In this document: one piece after another, positions 17,128-26,506 of the stretch | Layout: each line of letters begins with the position of its first letter | Position numbering within the stretch: the stretch's first letter is position 1 | Assembly (NCBI GenBank): GCA_034413595.1 | Contig: DAOUMC010000026.1 | Span: 1,320-65,319 of the forward strand | From: Dehalococcoidales bacterium | GTDB lineage: Bacteria; Chloroflexota; Dehalococcoidia; Dehalococcoidales; JAUWZL01 | DNA: 64,000 nt | Reading direction: 5' to 3' | Notes under the pieces: generated by a model | The model's database searches: none | Told to the model about the DNA's origin: nothing | Seen by the model: only the letters and a program-made list of their open reading frames with translations | Translations under genes and position numbers: made by a program

Positions 17128-19191
17128 ATGAAACAGTTTTCCCCAGAAAGCATCCGCAACATTGCCTTGCTGTCACACAGCGGTGCCGGCAAGACCTCGC
17201 TATCGGAGGCCGCCCTGTTTACCTGCGGGGAGATTGCCAGGCTGGGCAGAGTTGATGCCGGCAGCACTACCTCTGACTACGACCCGGATGAAATAAAGCG
17301 CAGGATAAGCATAAACCTGGCCCTGCTTCCCTGCCAGTGGCAGGATACCAAGATTAACCTCCTTGACGTCCCGGGCTATTCTGACTTCGCCGGTGAAGTT
17401 AGGGCGGCGGTCAGAGTCAGCGAGGGCGCTGTAATCATTGTCTCGGCGGCTGCCGGAGTTGAGGTCGGCACCGAGCAGGCGTGGGCTTACAGCCGCGAAG
17501 CCGGGCTGGCCCGCCTCATCTTCATCAACAAGATGGACCGTGAGAACGCCAACTTCTACAAGACTGTTGATGAGCTCAGGTCAAAGTTCGGCTCCGGGTG
17601 TCTGCCCATACAGCTGCCTATAGGCGCCCACAACGATTTCAAGGGCATAGTTGACCTGCTCAAGATGAAAGCCTATATCGGCTCTCCGGCCAGTGAGACC
17701 GAAATACCGTCAGCGCTTATGGAGCAAGCGGGCTCTTTGCGGGAAAAGATGATAGAGACCATAGCCGAGGTTGATGATGCTCTTATTGAGAAGTATCTCG
17801 GTGGGGAAGAGCTCAGCACTGATGAACTGGTAGATGGCCTGAGACAAGCGGTGTCAGGCGGTAGAATCGTGCCCGTGCTTACCGGCTCGGCACTGCAGAA
17901 TGTGGCCATCAGCCAGCTGCTGGACGGGGTGGTCAGCTACCTGCCGTCGCCAGCTGGACGAGAGATAATCGTTGCCAGCGACTCTGAGAAGGTCGAACCC
18001 GGTCTTGAAGCACCCCTGTCTGCCCTTGTCTTCAAGACTACTGCCGACCCGTATGTCGGCAAGTTGACCTACTTTCGTGTCTTTTCGGGCACTATAGCCA
18101 GCAACTCCCAGGTCTGGAACGTGACCCGGAATGGTTCTGAGCGCATCGGGCAGCTCTTCGTTATGCGAGGTAAGACTCAGGAGCCGGTGGCCCGGCTTGG
18201 GGCGGGAGATATGGGTGCTGTGGCCAAACTGGGAATCACCGGCACCGGTGACACCCTGGGTAGCCAGGAGAAGCCGGTGAAGATTGTCCCCTTCACTTTT
18301 CCCGAGCCGGTGTTCAGCGTGGCCGTCAATCCCAAGACAAAGGCCGACCTGGATAAGCTGGGAGCAGCACTCGCCCGCCTGACTGAGGAAGACCCGACCC
18401 TCAGCATGCACCGGGACGGCGATACCGGTGAGACCATTCTATCCGGGCTGGGCGATACCCAGCTTGAGGTGGCGGCCGAGAAGATGTTGCGCAAGTTTGG
18501 CGTCGGCGTTGACCTTTCGGTACCCAAGGTGCCCTATAAGGAGACCATTACCCAGCCCGCCAAGGCGGAATACAAACACAAGAAGCAGACCGGGGGGCAC
18601 GGTCAGTATGGACATGTCCTGCTGGAACTGGAGCCACTGCCCCGGGGCAGTGGCAATGAGTTTGCCAACAAGATAGTTGGAGGGGCCATACCTAAGAACT
18701 ACATTCCGGCGGTGGAGAAGGGGGTCAACGAAGCCGCTAAAGAAGGAGTCCTGGCCGGCTACCCGGTGGCTGATGTCAGGGCGATTGTGTATGATGGCAG
18801 TTTCCACCCGGTGGACTCTTCAGAGATATGCTTCAAGATCGCTGGCGCCGGCGCTTTCAGAAAGGGGATGACTGAAGGTAAACCCATCTTGATTGAGCCG
18901 ATAATGGACCTCAGGGTGACGGTTCCCGGCGACTTTACCGGTGACATTATCGGCGACCTTAATACCAAGAGGGCACGGGTGCAGGGCATGAACCCCGATG
19001 ACGGCTCAAATGTCATTGAAGCCCAGGTGCCCCTGGCTGAGGTGCTGCGTTACGCCATTGACCTGAAATCCATAACTCAGGGCAAGGGCACCTTCAGGAT
19101 GGAGTTCAGTCACTACGAAGAAGTGCCCGCCCAGCTCAGCCAGAAGATTATCGCCCAGCGACAGGCCGAGAAACAGGCGGAGAAGGCCTAG
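17128..19191 (+). CDS. Elongation factor G family GTPase (probable EF-G paralog)
   Basis: IRNIALLSHSGAGKTSL (G1), ...DVPGYSDF (G3), and domains II-V at full length. It is not in an rpsL-rpsG-fusA-tuf context. Confidence 0.88.
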   Translation: MKQFSPESIRNIALLSHSGAGKTSLSEAALFTCGEIARLGRVDAGSTTSDYDPDEIKRRISINLALLPCQWQDTKINLLDVPGYSDFAGEVRAAVRVSEGAVIIVSAAAGVEVGTEQAWAYSREAGLARLIFINKMDRENANFYKTVDELRSKFGSGCLPIQLPIGAHNDFKGIVDLLKMKAYIGSPASETEIPSALMEQAGSLREKMIETIAEVDDALIEKYLGGEELSTDELVDGLRQAVSGGRIVPVLTGSALQNVAISQLLDGVVSYLPSPAGREIIVASDSEKVEPGLEAPLSALVFKTTADPYVGKLTYFRVFSGTIASNSQVWNVTRNGSERIGQLFVMRGKTQEPVARLGAGDMGAVAKLGITGTGDTLGSQEKPVKIVPFTFPEPVFSVAVNPKTKADLDKLGAALARLTEEDPTLSMHRDGDTGETILSGLGDTQLEVAAEKMLRKFGVGVDLSVPKVPYKETITQPAKAEYKHKKQTGGHGQYGHVLLELEPLPRGSGNEFANKIVGGAIPKNYIPAVEKGVNEAAKEGVLAGYPVADVRAIVYDGSFHPVDSSEICFKIAGAGAFRKGMTEGKPILIEPIMDLRVTVPGDFTGDIIGDLNTKRARVQGMNPDDGSNVIEAQVPLAEVLRYAIDLKSITQGKGTFRMEFSHYEEVPAQLSQKIIAQRQAEKQAEKA

Positions 19192-19197
19192 CCAAGC

Positions 19198-20193
19198 TTA
19201 TTCGGCCATAAGCTCCTTTACTCTGACGGTGAAAGCCGGCAGCACCTTCTTCCAGTCGCCAACGACACCGAAGCGGGCCACCCTGAAGATATTCGCCTCT
19301 GGGTCTTTGTTGATGGCGATGACGTTCTTGGCCCCGCTTATGCCACTGATGTGCTGACTGGAACCGGAAAGTGCTACCGCCAGATAAAGGTCAGGGGCGA
19401 CAATCTTGCCGGTAAGCCCTATCTGGGCTGAGTCTGTAACCCAGCCGTTGTCGCAGGGGGGCCTGGTGGCACCGACCGCTCCCTTTAGCAGCCTTGCCAG
19501 CTCTCCAAGCTCCCTGAAGCCGTCGGCACCACCGATGCCCCGGCCGCCGGCGACTATCACCGATGCGTCTTCCAGCCTCATTCCCCCGGCGACTTCCTGA
19601 ACCCGGCTGACAATTCTGATTCTTATCGCCGATGGCTCAAGCCCGGCGTCAACAGTAACTGTCTTACCTTGCCTTGAGTTATCGGGTTTCGGCGGTGAAT
19701 ATACCTTAGCCCTTATGGTGGCTATCTGTGGGCGGTATTCGCTGGTAAAGGTAGCCAGGGCATTTCCGCCATAGACCGGCCTCGTCTGTAGCAGTCTCAG
19801 CTCGGAATCAATGGCCAGCTCTACACAGTCGGTGGTTGCCACCGTGCCCAACCTGAAGGCCAGTCTGGGCGCCAGGTCTCTGCCCGTGGAGGTCTGCCCC
19901 AGGAGAAGAATCCGGGGCATTGTCTGCCTGGCTAGCTTCTCCATAACGGCGGTGCAGGCATCGGTCTGGTAGTCTTTTAACAGCGGGTCGTCAACCACAT
20001 ATACGATATCGGCTCCCAGAGTGATAGCTTCCGGGGCAGAGTCGGTTATATCGCTGCCGGCGATAACGGCCGCCAGCTCTTCGTGCAGGGCATCAGCCAG
20101 CTTCCGGCCGACGCCCAGCAGCTCTTTGGCCGTGGCCTGAAGCCCTTTTTCGGTGGCTTCGGCGAAAACCATAACACCTTTGTATTCCGTCAT
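19198..20193 (-). CDS. etfA: Electron transfer flavoprotein alpha subunit
   Basis: C-terminal FAD-binding region ...VAGGRGIG... and ...IGLTGKIVAPDLYLAVALSGSSQH. Confidence 0.9.
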   Translation of the reverse strand: MTEYKGVMVFAEATEKGLQATAKELLGVGRKLADALHEELAAVIAGSDITDSAPEAITLGADIVYVVDDPLLKDYQTDACTAVMEKLARQTMPRILLLGQTSTGRDLAPRLAFRLGTVATTDCVELAIDSELRLLQTRPVYGGNALATFTSEYRPQIATIRAKVYSPPKPDNSRQGKTVTVDAGLEPSAIRIRIVSRVQEVAGGMRLEDASVIVAGGRGIGGADGFRELGELARLLKGAVGATRPPCDNGWVTDSAQIGLTGKIVAPDLYLAVALSGSSQHISGISGAKNVIAINKDPEANIFRVARFGVVGDWKKVLPAFTVRVKELMAE

Positions 20194-20206
20194 CCTTATT
20201 ACCTCT

Positions 20207-21007
20207 TTACAGGAGTTTGACTTCCCTTAGCTTATCAGCCAGGTTGACCGCCGCCTCTTCCGGAGTCTCCCCTGCTATCATCTGGCATCGGTTCTGGCTG
20301 ACCGGCTGGAACAGCCTGACCAGCCGGCTGCGCCTCCCGGCGGCACCGGCCTGAGACGGCTCAACCCCGATATCGGCTGGTTTCCAGACGACCGGCTCCT
20401 TCTTCTTGGCGGCCATAATGCCCCTTACAGTGGGATAGCGGGGCTTGCCGACCTCATTGCTCACCGTAATCAGGGCTGGAAGCGGCAGCTCTATGACCTC
20501 ATAGCCGTCTTCAGTGGCCCGTTCCGCCACCGCCTTGCCATCAGTAGTATCTACTTTTCGGGCTACGGTGACGCTGGGCAGCCCCAGCATTTTGGCAATC
20601 CCCGAGCCAACCTGCCCGGCGTCCCAGTCGGCCGACTGGCGGCCGCAGAGAATCAGGTCAAACTGGCCGATTTTCTTTATCGCCATAGCCAGGGCGTAGG
20701 CCGTTGACCAGCTATCACCATCGGCGAAAGCCTCGTCCTCAAGCAAGACAAGCTCATCAGCCCCCATAGCCAGTGGTTTCTTTATCACCTCTCTTGAAAG
20801 AGCAGTACCCAGGCTCAGGGCGGTCACCCGGCCGCCATGGGCGTCCTTGAGCCTCAGCGCCGCCTCCAGGGCGTACTCGCTGTAAGGGCCAATCACCGGC
20901 AGAACACCCGCCGGCAGTACCATCCTGTTGCTGGCAGGGTCAACCTTGAAGCTGGACGGAGGAGCTTCCGGGTCAACAACCTGCTTGACGCAGACAATAA
21001 TGTCCAT
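20207..21007 (-). CDS. etfB: Electron transfer flavoprotein beta subunit
   Basis: [12 protein letters not shown]... and ...LILCGRQSADWDAGQVG are typical ETF-beta motifs. Confidence 0.9.
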   Translation of the reverse strand: MDIIVCVKQVVDPEAPPSSFKVDPASNRMVLPAGVLPVIGPYSEYALEAALRLKDAHGGRVTALSLGTALSREVIKKPLAMGADELVLLEDEAFADGDSWSTAYALAMAIKKIGQFDLILCGRQSADWDAGQVGSGIAKMLGLPSVTVARKVDTTDGKAVAERATEDGYEVIELPLPALITVSNEVGKPRYPTVRGIMAAKKKEPVVWKPADIGVEPSQAGAAGRRSRLVRLFQPVSQNRCQMIAGETPEEAAVNLADKLREVKLL

Positions 21008-21869
21008 CCTTATTTCCTTTCCCGTTCAGGTTTCTTTTATCGGGGAGTGCCAGGCTTACCACGCGGTCGATGCCGCTTAAATCTGGTGTTACCTCTATCT
21101 TGGCTTTGGGGAAGAGACCGTGAAGGAGGCTGGTTACCTCCTCTTTCTGCCCCTGTCCGACCTCAAGGAGCAGGCGACCTCCAGACTTGAGCCTGCCACC
21201 CACCTGATGACACAGCTCTCGTATCTTGTCCAATCCGTCTCTACCACCGTCAAGGGCCAGGGTGGGTTCAAAACCACCAGAGTCTAACTCCCTCTGTCTG
21301 ACATAAGGCAGGTTGGCGGTGATAAAGTCAACCGGCCCGGGTAACGGCTCAAGCATATCACCAAAGAGAAGGCGGACTCTATCAGCCACTACGTGCTTTT
21401 GACAGTTAATCCGAGCTACCTCTAAGGCTAATGCCGAGATGTCACTGGCGTATATTCTGGCCCGTGGCAGGCTTACCGCCAGGCTGACGGCGATGGCGCC
21501 ACAGCCAGTGCCTATGTCGGCGATGGCCGGCTCCTCAAAGCCTCCAGCCAGTTCTAGGAGCTTCTCTACCAGCAGCTCGCTCTCCGGTCTGGGGATGAGG
21601 ATGCTGGAGTTAACATAAAAGTCAAGCCCGTAGAACTCGCGGTGTCCGGTGATATAGGCGGTCGGCTCTCCCTTGAGGCGACGCCGAACCAGCCACCACA
21701 GGGTTTCCTCCTGTTCTGGATTAAGCTCAAGGTCGGGGTTCTGGTACAGCTCTACCCGGTCAATCTTCAGGGTATGTCTCAGCAGCAGTTCACCCTCAAG
21801 AGGGGCGTCATCAATGCCGGCAGCCAGAAGAGCCTGACGGGTCTGGCCCAGGGCTTCTCTCAGGGTCAT
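20973..21869 (-). CDS. prmC: Release-factor glutamine N5-methyltransferase
   Basis: ...[15 protein letters not shown]..., ...[10 protein letters not shown]... and the NPPY-like ...ANLPYV... The 3' end overlaps the etfB start by 35 nt. ATGA-type coupling to prfA. Confidence 0.9.
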   Translation of the reverse strand: MTLREALGQTRQALLAAGIDDAPLEGELLLRHTLKIDRVELYQNPDLELNPEQEETLWWLVRRRLKGEPTAYITGHREFYGLDFYVNSSILIPRPESELLVEKLLELAGGFEEPAIADIGTGCGAIAVSLAVSLPRARIYASDISALALEVARINCQKHVVADRVRLLFGDMLEPLPGPVDFITANLPYVRQRELDSGGFEPTLALDGGRDGLDKIRELCHQVGGRLKSGGRLLLEVGQGQKEEVTSLLHGLFPKAKIEVTPDLSGIDRVVSLALPDKRNLNGKGNKDGHYCLRQAGC

Positions 21870-22936
21870 ACCGCCAGTGCCTCTAACTGCTTTGCCCGCT
21901 CGCTGGCGGCCAGGGCGTCAATCAGCCTGTCCAGCTCCCCGGCCATGATGCCGGGCAGGTTGTGCAGTGTCAGGCCGATGCGGTGGTCGGTGACCCGGTC
22001 CTGGGGAAAGTTGTAGGTCCTTATCTTTTCCGCCCGTTCGCCAGTGCCCACCTGCGAGCGGCGCTCGGCGGTGATTTCGCCTTCCTGCTGGTGTCTTTTC
22101 ATATCCAGAAGGCGGGCCCGCAGCACCGCCATTGCTTTCTGCTTGTTCCGTAGCTGAGAGCGCTCGTCCTGACAGGCGGCGACTATACCTGTGGGCAAGT
22201 GGGTTATGCGCACGGCGGTGGCGACTTTCTGCACGTTTTGGCCCCCGGCCCCGCTGCTGTGGAAGATGTCAACCTTGAGGTCGTTGGGGTTTATATCCAC
22301 TTCAACATCTTTGGCCTCGGGCAAAACCGCCACCGTTGCCGTTGAGGTGTGGACTCTACCTGAGGCCTCGGTGGTCGGTACCCTCTGCACCCGGTGGACG
22401 CCCCTTTCGTACTTCAGCCGGCTGAAGGCACCCCTGCCCTTCACTTCAAAGACCACTTCCCTGATACCTCCGACAGCGGTTTCGTTAATATCCATAATGT
22501 CGGTGTCCCAGCCTTTGGCCTGGGCGTAGCGGCCGTACATGCGGAAGAGGTCGGCGGCAAACAGGCTGGCCTCTTCGCCACCGGTGCCAGCCCTGATTTC
22601 CATAATGATGTCACGCTCATCACTGGCGTCTTTGGGCAAAAGAGCCAGTCTCAGTTCCTGTCTTTGACTTTCTAGCCGGGACTCAAGGCTGGCTATCTCT
22701 TGTCTCGCCAGCGTTTTCATGTCTTCGTCCCGCTCCTCGGCCAGCATGGCCCTGGTTTCTTCCAGCGCCTTGGTTGTCTCTTTGTATCTGCGGTACTTTG
22801 TTACCAGGCTTTCCAGGCCAGCCCTTTCCTGTGCCAGAGCCTGCAGCCGCTTCGGGTCAGAGGCCACCTCGGGATTGGCTATCTGACTCTCAAGGTCCAA
22901 AAACCTCTTCTCTATCCTCTCCAGCTGGTCAATCAT
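21866..22936 (-). CDS. prfA: Peptide chain release factor 1
   Basis: PxT-region ...RVQRVPTTE... and the GGQ motif [12 protein letters not shown]. Confidence 0.95.
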   Translation of the reverse strand: MIDQLERIEKRFLDLESQIANPEVASDPKRLQALAQERAGLESLVTKYRRYKETTKALEETRAMLAEERDEDMKTLARQEIASLESRLESQRQELRLALLPKDASDERDIIMEIRAGTGGEEASLFAADLFRMYGRYAQAKGWDTDIMDINETAVGGIREVVFEVKGRGAFSRLKYERGVHRVQRVPTTEASGRVHTSTATVAVLPEAKDVEVDINPNDLKVDIFHSSGAGGQNVQKVATAVRITHLPTGIVAACQDERSQLRNKQKAMAVLRARLLDMKRHQQEGEITAERRSQVGTGERAEKIRTYNFPQDRVTDHRIGLTLHNLPGIMAGELDRLIDALAASERAKQLEALAV

Positions 22937-22986
22937 AAGAATAAACCCCTGCCAGTTATTATATCACAGCCGTCAGCTAGCTCTCC

Positions 22987-23059
22987 AAATCCCTCTCTGT
23001 CTCCCCTTAACAAAGGGAGACGGTTAGCTACCCACTTTGCAAGGGAGTAAAGGGGATTT
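22987..23059. repeat. Family-A palindromic repeat
   Basis: AAATCCCTCTCTGTCTCCCCTTaacaAAGGGAGAC...AAGGGAGTAAAGGGGATTT. The arms are inverse complements. It is homologous to 14426-14496. Confidence 0.75.
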
Positions 23060-23068
23060 AGTGATAGA

Positions 23069-23168
23069 GATTGCTTCGTCGCTAACGCTCCTCGCAATGA
23101 CGACAAGCAAAACATCGGCATGACAGAGAAAAGAAATGCCCCTGTATTGTCATGCGAGCGAAGCAATC
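23069..23168. repeat. Family-B palindromic repeat (GATTGCTTCG...CGCAATGAC / GTCATGCGAGCGAAGCAATC)
   Basis: The left arm 23069-23101 is about 30/33 identical to 37278-37310. The right arm 23149-23168 is its inverse complement. It generates the spurious 77-aa ORF 22933..23166. Confidence 0.85.
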
Positions 23169-23191
23169 TCTCTTAAAAGGCGTTGGTCTCT

Positions 23192-24277
23192 TTAGCCCAC
23201 TGAAGCCCCGGGCCACACCTGGCTGCCGGGCTCAAGCTTGTAACCGCTGGCTACAGTGACTCTCTCCCCCAGCACCGAGTTCTCGACCACACTGCCGGCG
23301 CCGATTTGGCAGTTATTGGCGATGATGGAACGCCTGATAACGGCCCCAGGCTCTATGTCAGCGTCCTGCCAGATAATGGAGGCTTCCACCGAAGCGTCGC
23401 GTGATATCTGGCAGCCCGGGCCAATGACCACCGGCCCGGTCAGGCTGACCCCTTGCCCGATGGTACAGTTGCTGCCTATCACCGCCGGCCCGGCTATGCC
23501 GGCGGCCGGCTCTATGTGACTCTTTTCCCCGATGGCAACCGGGTTATCCGAGTCAAAGTGGTACTGCTCGCTCTTGCCGCTGAGCAGGTCTTGGTTGAGC
23601 TGGAGGTATTTCTGCGGTGTGCCGATGTCTATCCAGTAGCAGGATGAGGGATAGGCGTAGACCGGCTCGCCCTGTTCCAGCAGCGAGGGGAAGAGCTGGT
23701 GCTCAAAGCTGAAGCTGGTCTGGGGCGGAACGAGTGACATAACCTCCGGCTCCAGGACATAGGTGCCGGCGTTAATCATGTTGGTAGTCACCTCAGCTAA
23801 TTGGGGCTTCTCCAGGAATCTGGTGACCCTACCCCGGGCATCGGTCTCCACCAGGCCGTAGCTGGTGGGGTCAGCCACCGGGGTCAGGGCGATGGTTGCC
23901 TTTGCCCTCTTCTGCTGGTGAAATGCCATCATATCGGTGAGGTCAAGGTCGGTAAAGATGTCGCCGTTTAACACCAGAAAGGCTTCGTCCAGGTACTTTT
24001 CGGCGTTTTTCACCCCTCCGGCGGTTCCCAGAGGAGTCTTCTCCACAACGTAGTGCAGCTTGACCCCGAACCGCCTGCCGTCGCCAAAGTGGTCTTCAAT
24101 CGCCTGTGGCAGATAGCTCAGTGCCAGGACTATATCTTCGATACCATGCCGGCTGAGGCGGCGGATAACATACTCCAGAAAGGGCATATTAAGCACCGGC
24201 ACCATGGTCTTGGGAGTATTGATGGTCAGCGGTCTCAGCCTGGTGCCCAGCCCGCCGGAGAGGATGACTGCTTTCAT
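23192..24277 (-). CDS. NDP-sugar pyrophosphorylase (mannose-1-P guanylyl-/glucose-1-P nucleotidyltransferase type) with C-terminal left-handed beta-helix
   Basis: MKAVILSGGLGTRLRPLTINTPK is the signature, followed by hexapeptide repeats in the C-terminal third. Confidence 0.85.
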   Translation of the reverse strand: MKAVILSGGLGTRLRPLTINTPKTMVPVLNMPFLEYVIRRLSRHGIEDIVLALSYLPQAIEDHFGDGRRFGVKLHYVVEKTPLGTAGGVKNAEKYLDEAFLVLNGDIFTDLDLTDMMAFHQQKRAKATIALTPVADPTSYGLVETDARGRVTRFLEKPQLAEVTTNMINAGTYVLEPEVMSLVPPQTSFSFEHQLFPSLLEQGEPVYAYPSSCYWIDIGTPQKYLQLNQDLLSGKSEQYHFDSDNPVAIGEKSHIEPAAGIAGPAVIGSNCTIGQGVSLTGPVVIGPGCQISRDASVEASIIWQDADIEPGAVIRRSIIANNCQIGAGSVVENSVLGERVTVASGYKLEPGSQVWPGASVG

Positions 24278-24438
24278 CGCTATTCCCTGCCTTCTTTATT
24301 CACATTGTATCCAATACCGGGTTTGGTTTGCAAAGCAGGTTGTGTTCGTGTCTGGCTGACTGCTAATTAACTCTCTTCCTGCAGGGATGGACGGGCGTAG
24401 GTTGTTTCAAACAAAGTAGGGCGTGCTCCAGGGCTTCG

Positions 24439-24467
24439 TTGCACAATAAGCCGTTAAAGCCTATAAT
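24439..24467 (+). promoter_or_regulatory. Sigma-70-like promoter TTGCAC-17-TATAAT upstream of mobB
   Basis: Hexamers and a 17-nt spacer read directly. AGGAAGAGGA RBS before ATG 24493. Confidence 0.45.
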
Positions 24468-24492
24468 AGTTCTAATTTAGAAAGGAAGAGGA

Positions 24493-25134
24493 ATGACACC
24501 CATAGTCTCTATTGTCGGCAGGTCAAAATCGGGCAAGACAACCCTTATTGAGAAACTGGTGGCTGAGCTGAAAGGGCGTGGCTACCGTGTGGCTACCATC
24601 AAACACGCCCAGGAGATTGACTTTGAGCCGGGTAAGGATAGCTGGCGCCACCTTGAGGCCGGAAGCCAGGCGACGGCGGTTTCTTCGCCGGACAAGGTGG
24701 TGCTAATCAAGCCCTTAACACCGGCGACGGACCTGGACGAGGTAGCCCGTCTGTTTGGCGAGGACTACGACATCATCCTAACCGAGGGTTTTAAGCAGGG
24801 CAAGGCGCCCAAGATAGAGGTCTACCGCAGTGAGGCTGGTTCACCAATAGAAAACCTCAGCCGTGTTATAGCTATAGTCAGCGACGAGCCGGTAAAAACC
24901 AAAGCCAGACGGTTCGCTGCCGGCGACGTCAAGGGTCTGGCCGACCTTCTGGAGGATGGTTTCATAAAACCGCAGAGAAACAGGCTGACTCTCTATGTGA
25001 ACAGTGTTCCCATAACTCTGACCGCTTTTCCTAGGCAGATTATTGTCAATGTCCTCCTGGGTATGGCTTCCTCTCTGAAGGGAGCCAAAGAAGTAGATAG
25101 CCTTGATGTTTTTCTAAGGAGGCAGGCAAAGTAG
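24493..25134 (+). CDS. mobB: Molybdopterin-guanine dinucleotide biosynthesis adapter protein MobB (with about 50-aa C-terminal extension)
   Basis: IVSIVGRSKSGKTTLIEKLV...GYRVATIKHA is the typical MobB P-loop region. Confidence 0.8.
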   Translation: MTPIVSIVGRSKSGKTTLIEKLVAELKGRGYRVATIKHAQEIDFEPGKDSWRHLEAGSQATAVSSPDKVVLIKPLTPATDLDEVARLFGEDYDIILTEGFKQGKAPKIEVYRSEAGSPIENLSRVIAIVSDEPVKTKARRFAAGDVKGLADLLEDGFIKPQRNRLTLYVNSVPITLTAFPRQIIVNVLLGMASSLKGAKEVDSLDVFLRRQAK

Positions 25135-25222
25135 ACACGGCCTGCCCGCCAGGTGTTGGGGTTGGGTTGTTTTTTCGGGGACTATAAATATAGTTTAATT
25201 AAACTCAATCACAGGTTGCGGC

Positions 25223-26503
25223 TTGTCTAAGAAGAAACAAACAGGGAAACCCAGGGGTAAGTTTACCGGGCGACAGCTTTCCCGCTGGCAGCAGCAGAAA
25301 AGGAGACAGCGCCTCATTCTGGCGGCTGGTATCTCTGTTATTCTGGCCGTTGTTGGGCTTGTCTTTTCCGGGTTCTACTTCAAATGGTACCTCCCCGACA
25401 TAAAACCGCTGGGGAAAACTGTCCTTGAAGTAAACGGCACCAAGTTTAAGATGGACTACCTCATAGATTCACTCAAATATCAGTTAGGAGAATACTCTTA
25501 TCTGGCACAGTATTACCTTGACCAGGTGATGGGGAGTATCGAGCAGAGTGAGCTTGCTCGGCAGAAGGCTTCAGAACTGGGTATCACCGTCAGTGAAAGC
25601 GAGATTGATGAGAAGATGGCTGGCAGCGGACAGCCCAACAATCAGGCGGTCAGGGACGTGGTCGAGACACAACTGTTGATAGCCAAGCTCAGGGAGGACT
25701 ATTTTGGGCCTCAGATGCCCACTTCCGCTGAGCAAAGGCACGTACTGGCGATTTTCTTGGAGAGCCAGAGCCAGGCTTACGAGGTCAGGGCCCGCCTTGA
25801 GGCCGGTGAAGACCTGGCCAGCATTGCCGACGAGCTTTCTCTAGATAGTGTTACCAAAGAAGATGGCGGTGACCTTGGCTGGAGGCCCAAGGGCGTCTTG
25901 AATGACTTGCTCCAGACCTCTGTTCTTGAAGACCTTGTCTTTAACTACGCATCAGGGGTGTGGAGCAATCCAATAGCTGATGCCGAAAAGACCAAGGGAC
26001 TGGGTTACTGGCTGATAGAGGTCCTGGAGAAAAAAGAGGACCTGAGTCAGGTCCATGTTCGGGCGATGCTCCTGTCCAGTGAAGAGGAGGCGCTGACTAT
26101 AAAAAAGAGGCTGGCAGATGGCGAAGACTTTGACGAGCTGGCCAAGGAGTTTTCCCAGCGATGGTCGGAGGAAAAGGGGGCTGATTTAGGCTGGCTAACC
26201 CCAAACACGATGAGCCAAGCCTTTGACGGTTTTGCTTTTAACCCTGAAACTGAATTGAACGTGGTGAGCTCACCTATCCGGGATGAAACAATCACCACCA
26301 AAGGTGGTTACTGGCTGTTCGAGGTTCTGGAGACAGGCACCCAAGAAATCTCGGATGACAATCGGAATTTGCTGATAGACCAGGCCCTGAATAACTGGTG
26401 GTCGGCGCTACTGGATGACCCAAAGAACAATATTGTCAGCTATCTTGACGAGAGCTTAAGGGAGTTTGCCATCAAGGAGGTTACCGGACAAACCGGAGGT
26501 TGA
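25223..26503 (+). CDS. Membrane-anchored peptidyl-prolyl isomerase (SurA/PrsA-like, two parvulin domains)
   Basis: Basic N-terminus plus a TM helix. Two PpiC-like segments (...GGDLGWRPKG... and ...GADLGWLTPN...). Confidence 0.75.
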   Translation: MSKKKQTGKPRGKFTGRQLSRWQQQKRRQRLILAAGISVILAVVGLVFSGFYFKWYLPDIKPLGKTVLEVNGTKFKMDYLIDSLKYQLGEYSYLAQYYLDQVMGSIEQSELARQKASELGITVSESEIDEKMAGSGQPNNQAVRDVVETQLLIAKLREDYFGPQMPTSAEQRHVLAIFLESQSQAYEVRARLEAGEDLASIADELSLDSVTKEDGGDLGWRPKGVLNDLLQTSVLEDLVFNYASGVWSNPIADAEKTKGLGYWLIEVLEKKEDLSQVHVRAMLLSSEEEALTIKKRLADGEDFDELAKEFSQRWSEEKGADLGWLTPNTMSQAFDGFAFNPETELNVVSSPIRDETITTKGGYWLFEVLETGTQEISDDNRNLLIDQALNNWWSALLDDPKNNIVSYLDESLREFAIKEVTGQTGG

Positions 26504-26506
26504 GGA

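Noticed and set aside
20973-21007. 35-nt overlap of the prmC 3' end with the etfB start as a possible frameshift or pseudogene signal
   Set aside because: Both proteins are full length with intact motifs. The prmC tail past ...DRVVSL is simply a short non-conserved extension, so no frameshift is needed.
22933-23166. 77-aa minus-strand ORF upstream of prfA
   Set aside because: It is composed almost entirely of family-A and family-B palindromic repeats (...SLRGALATKQS...), so it is a repeat-derived artefact.
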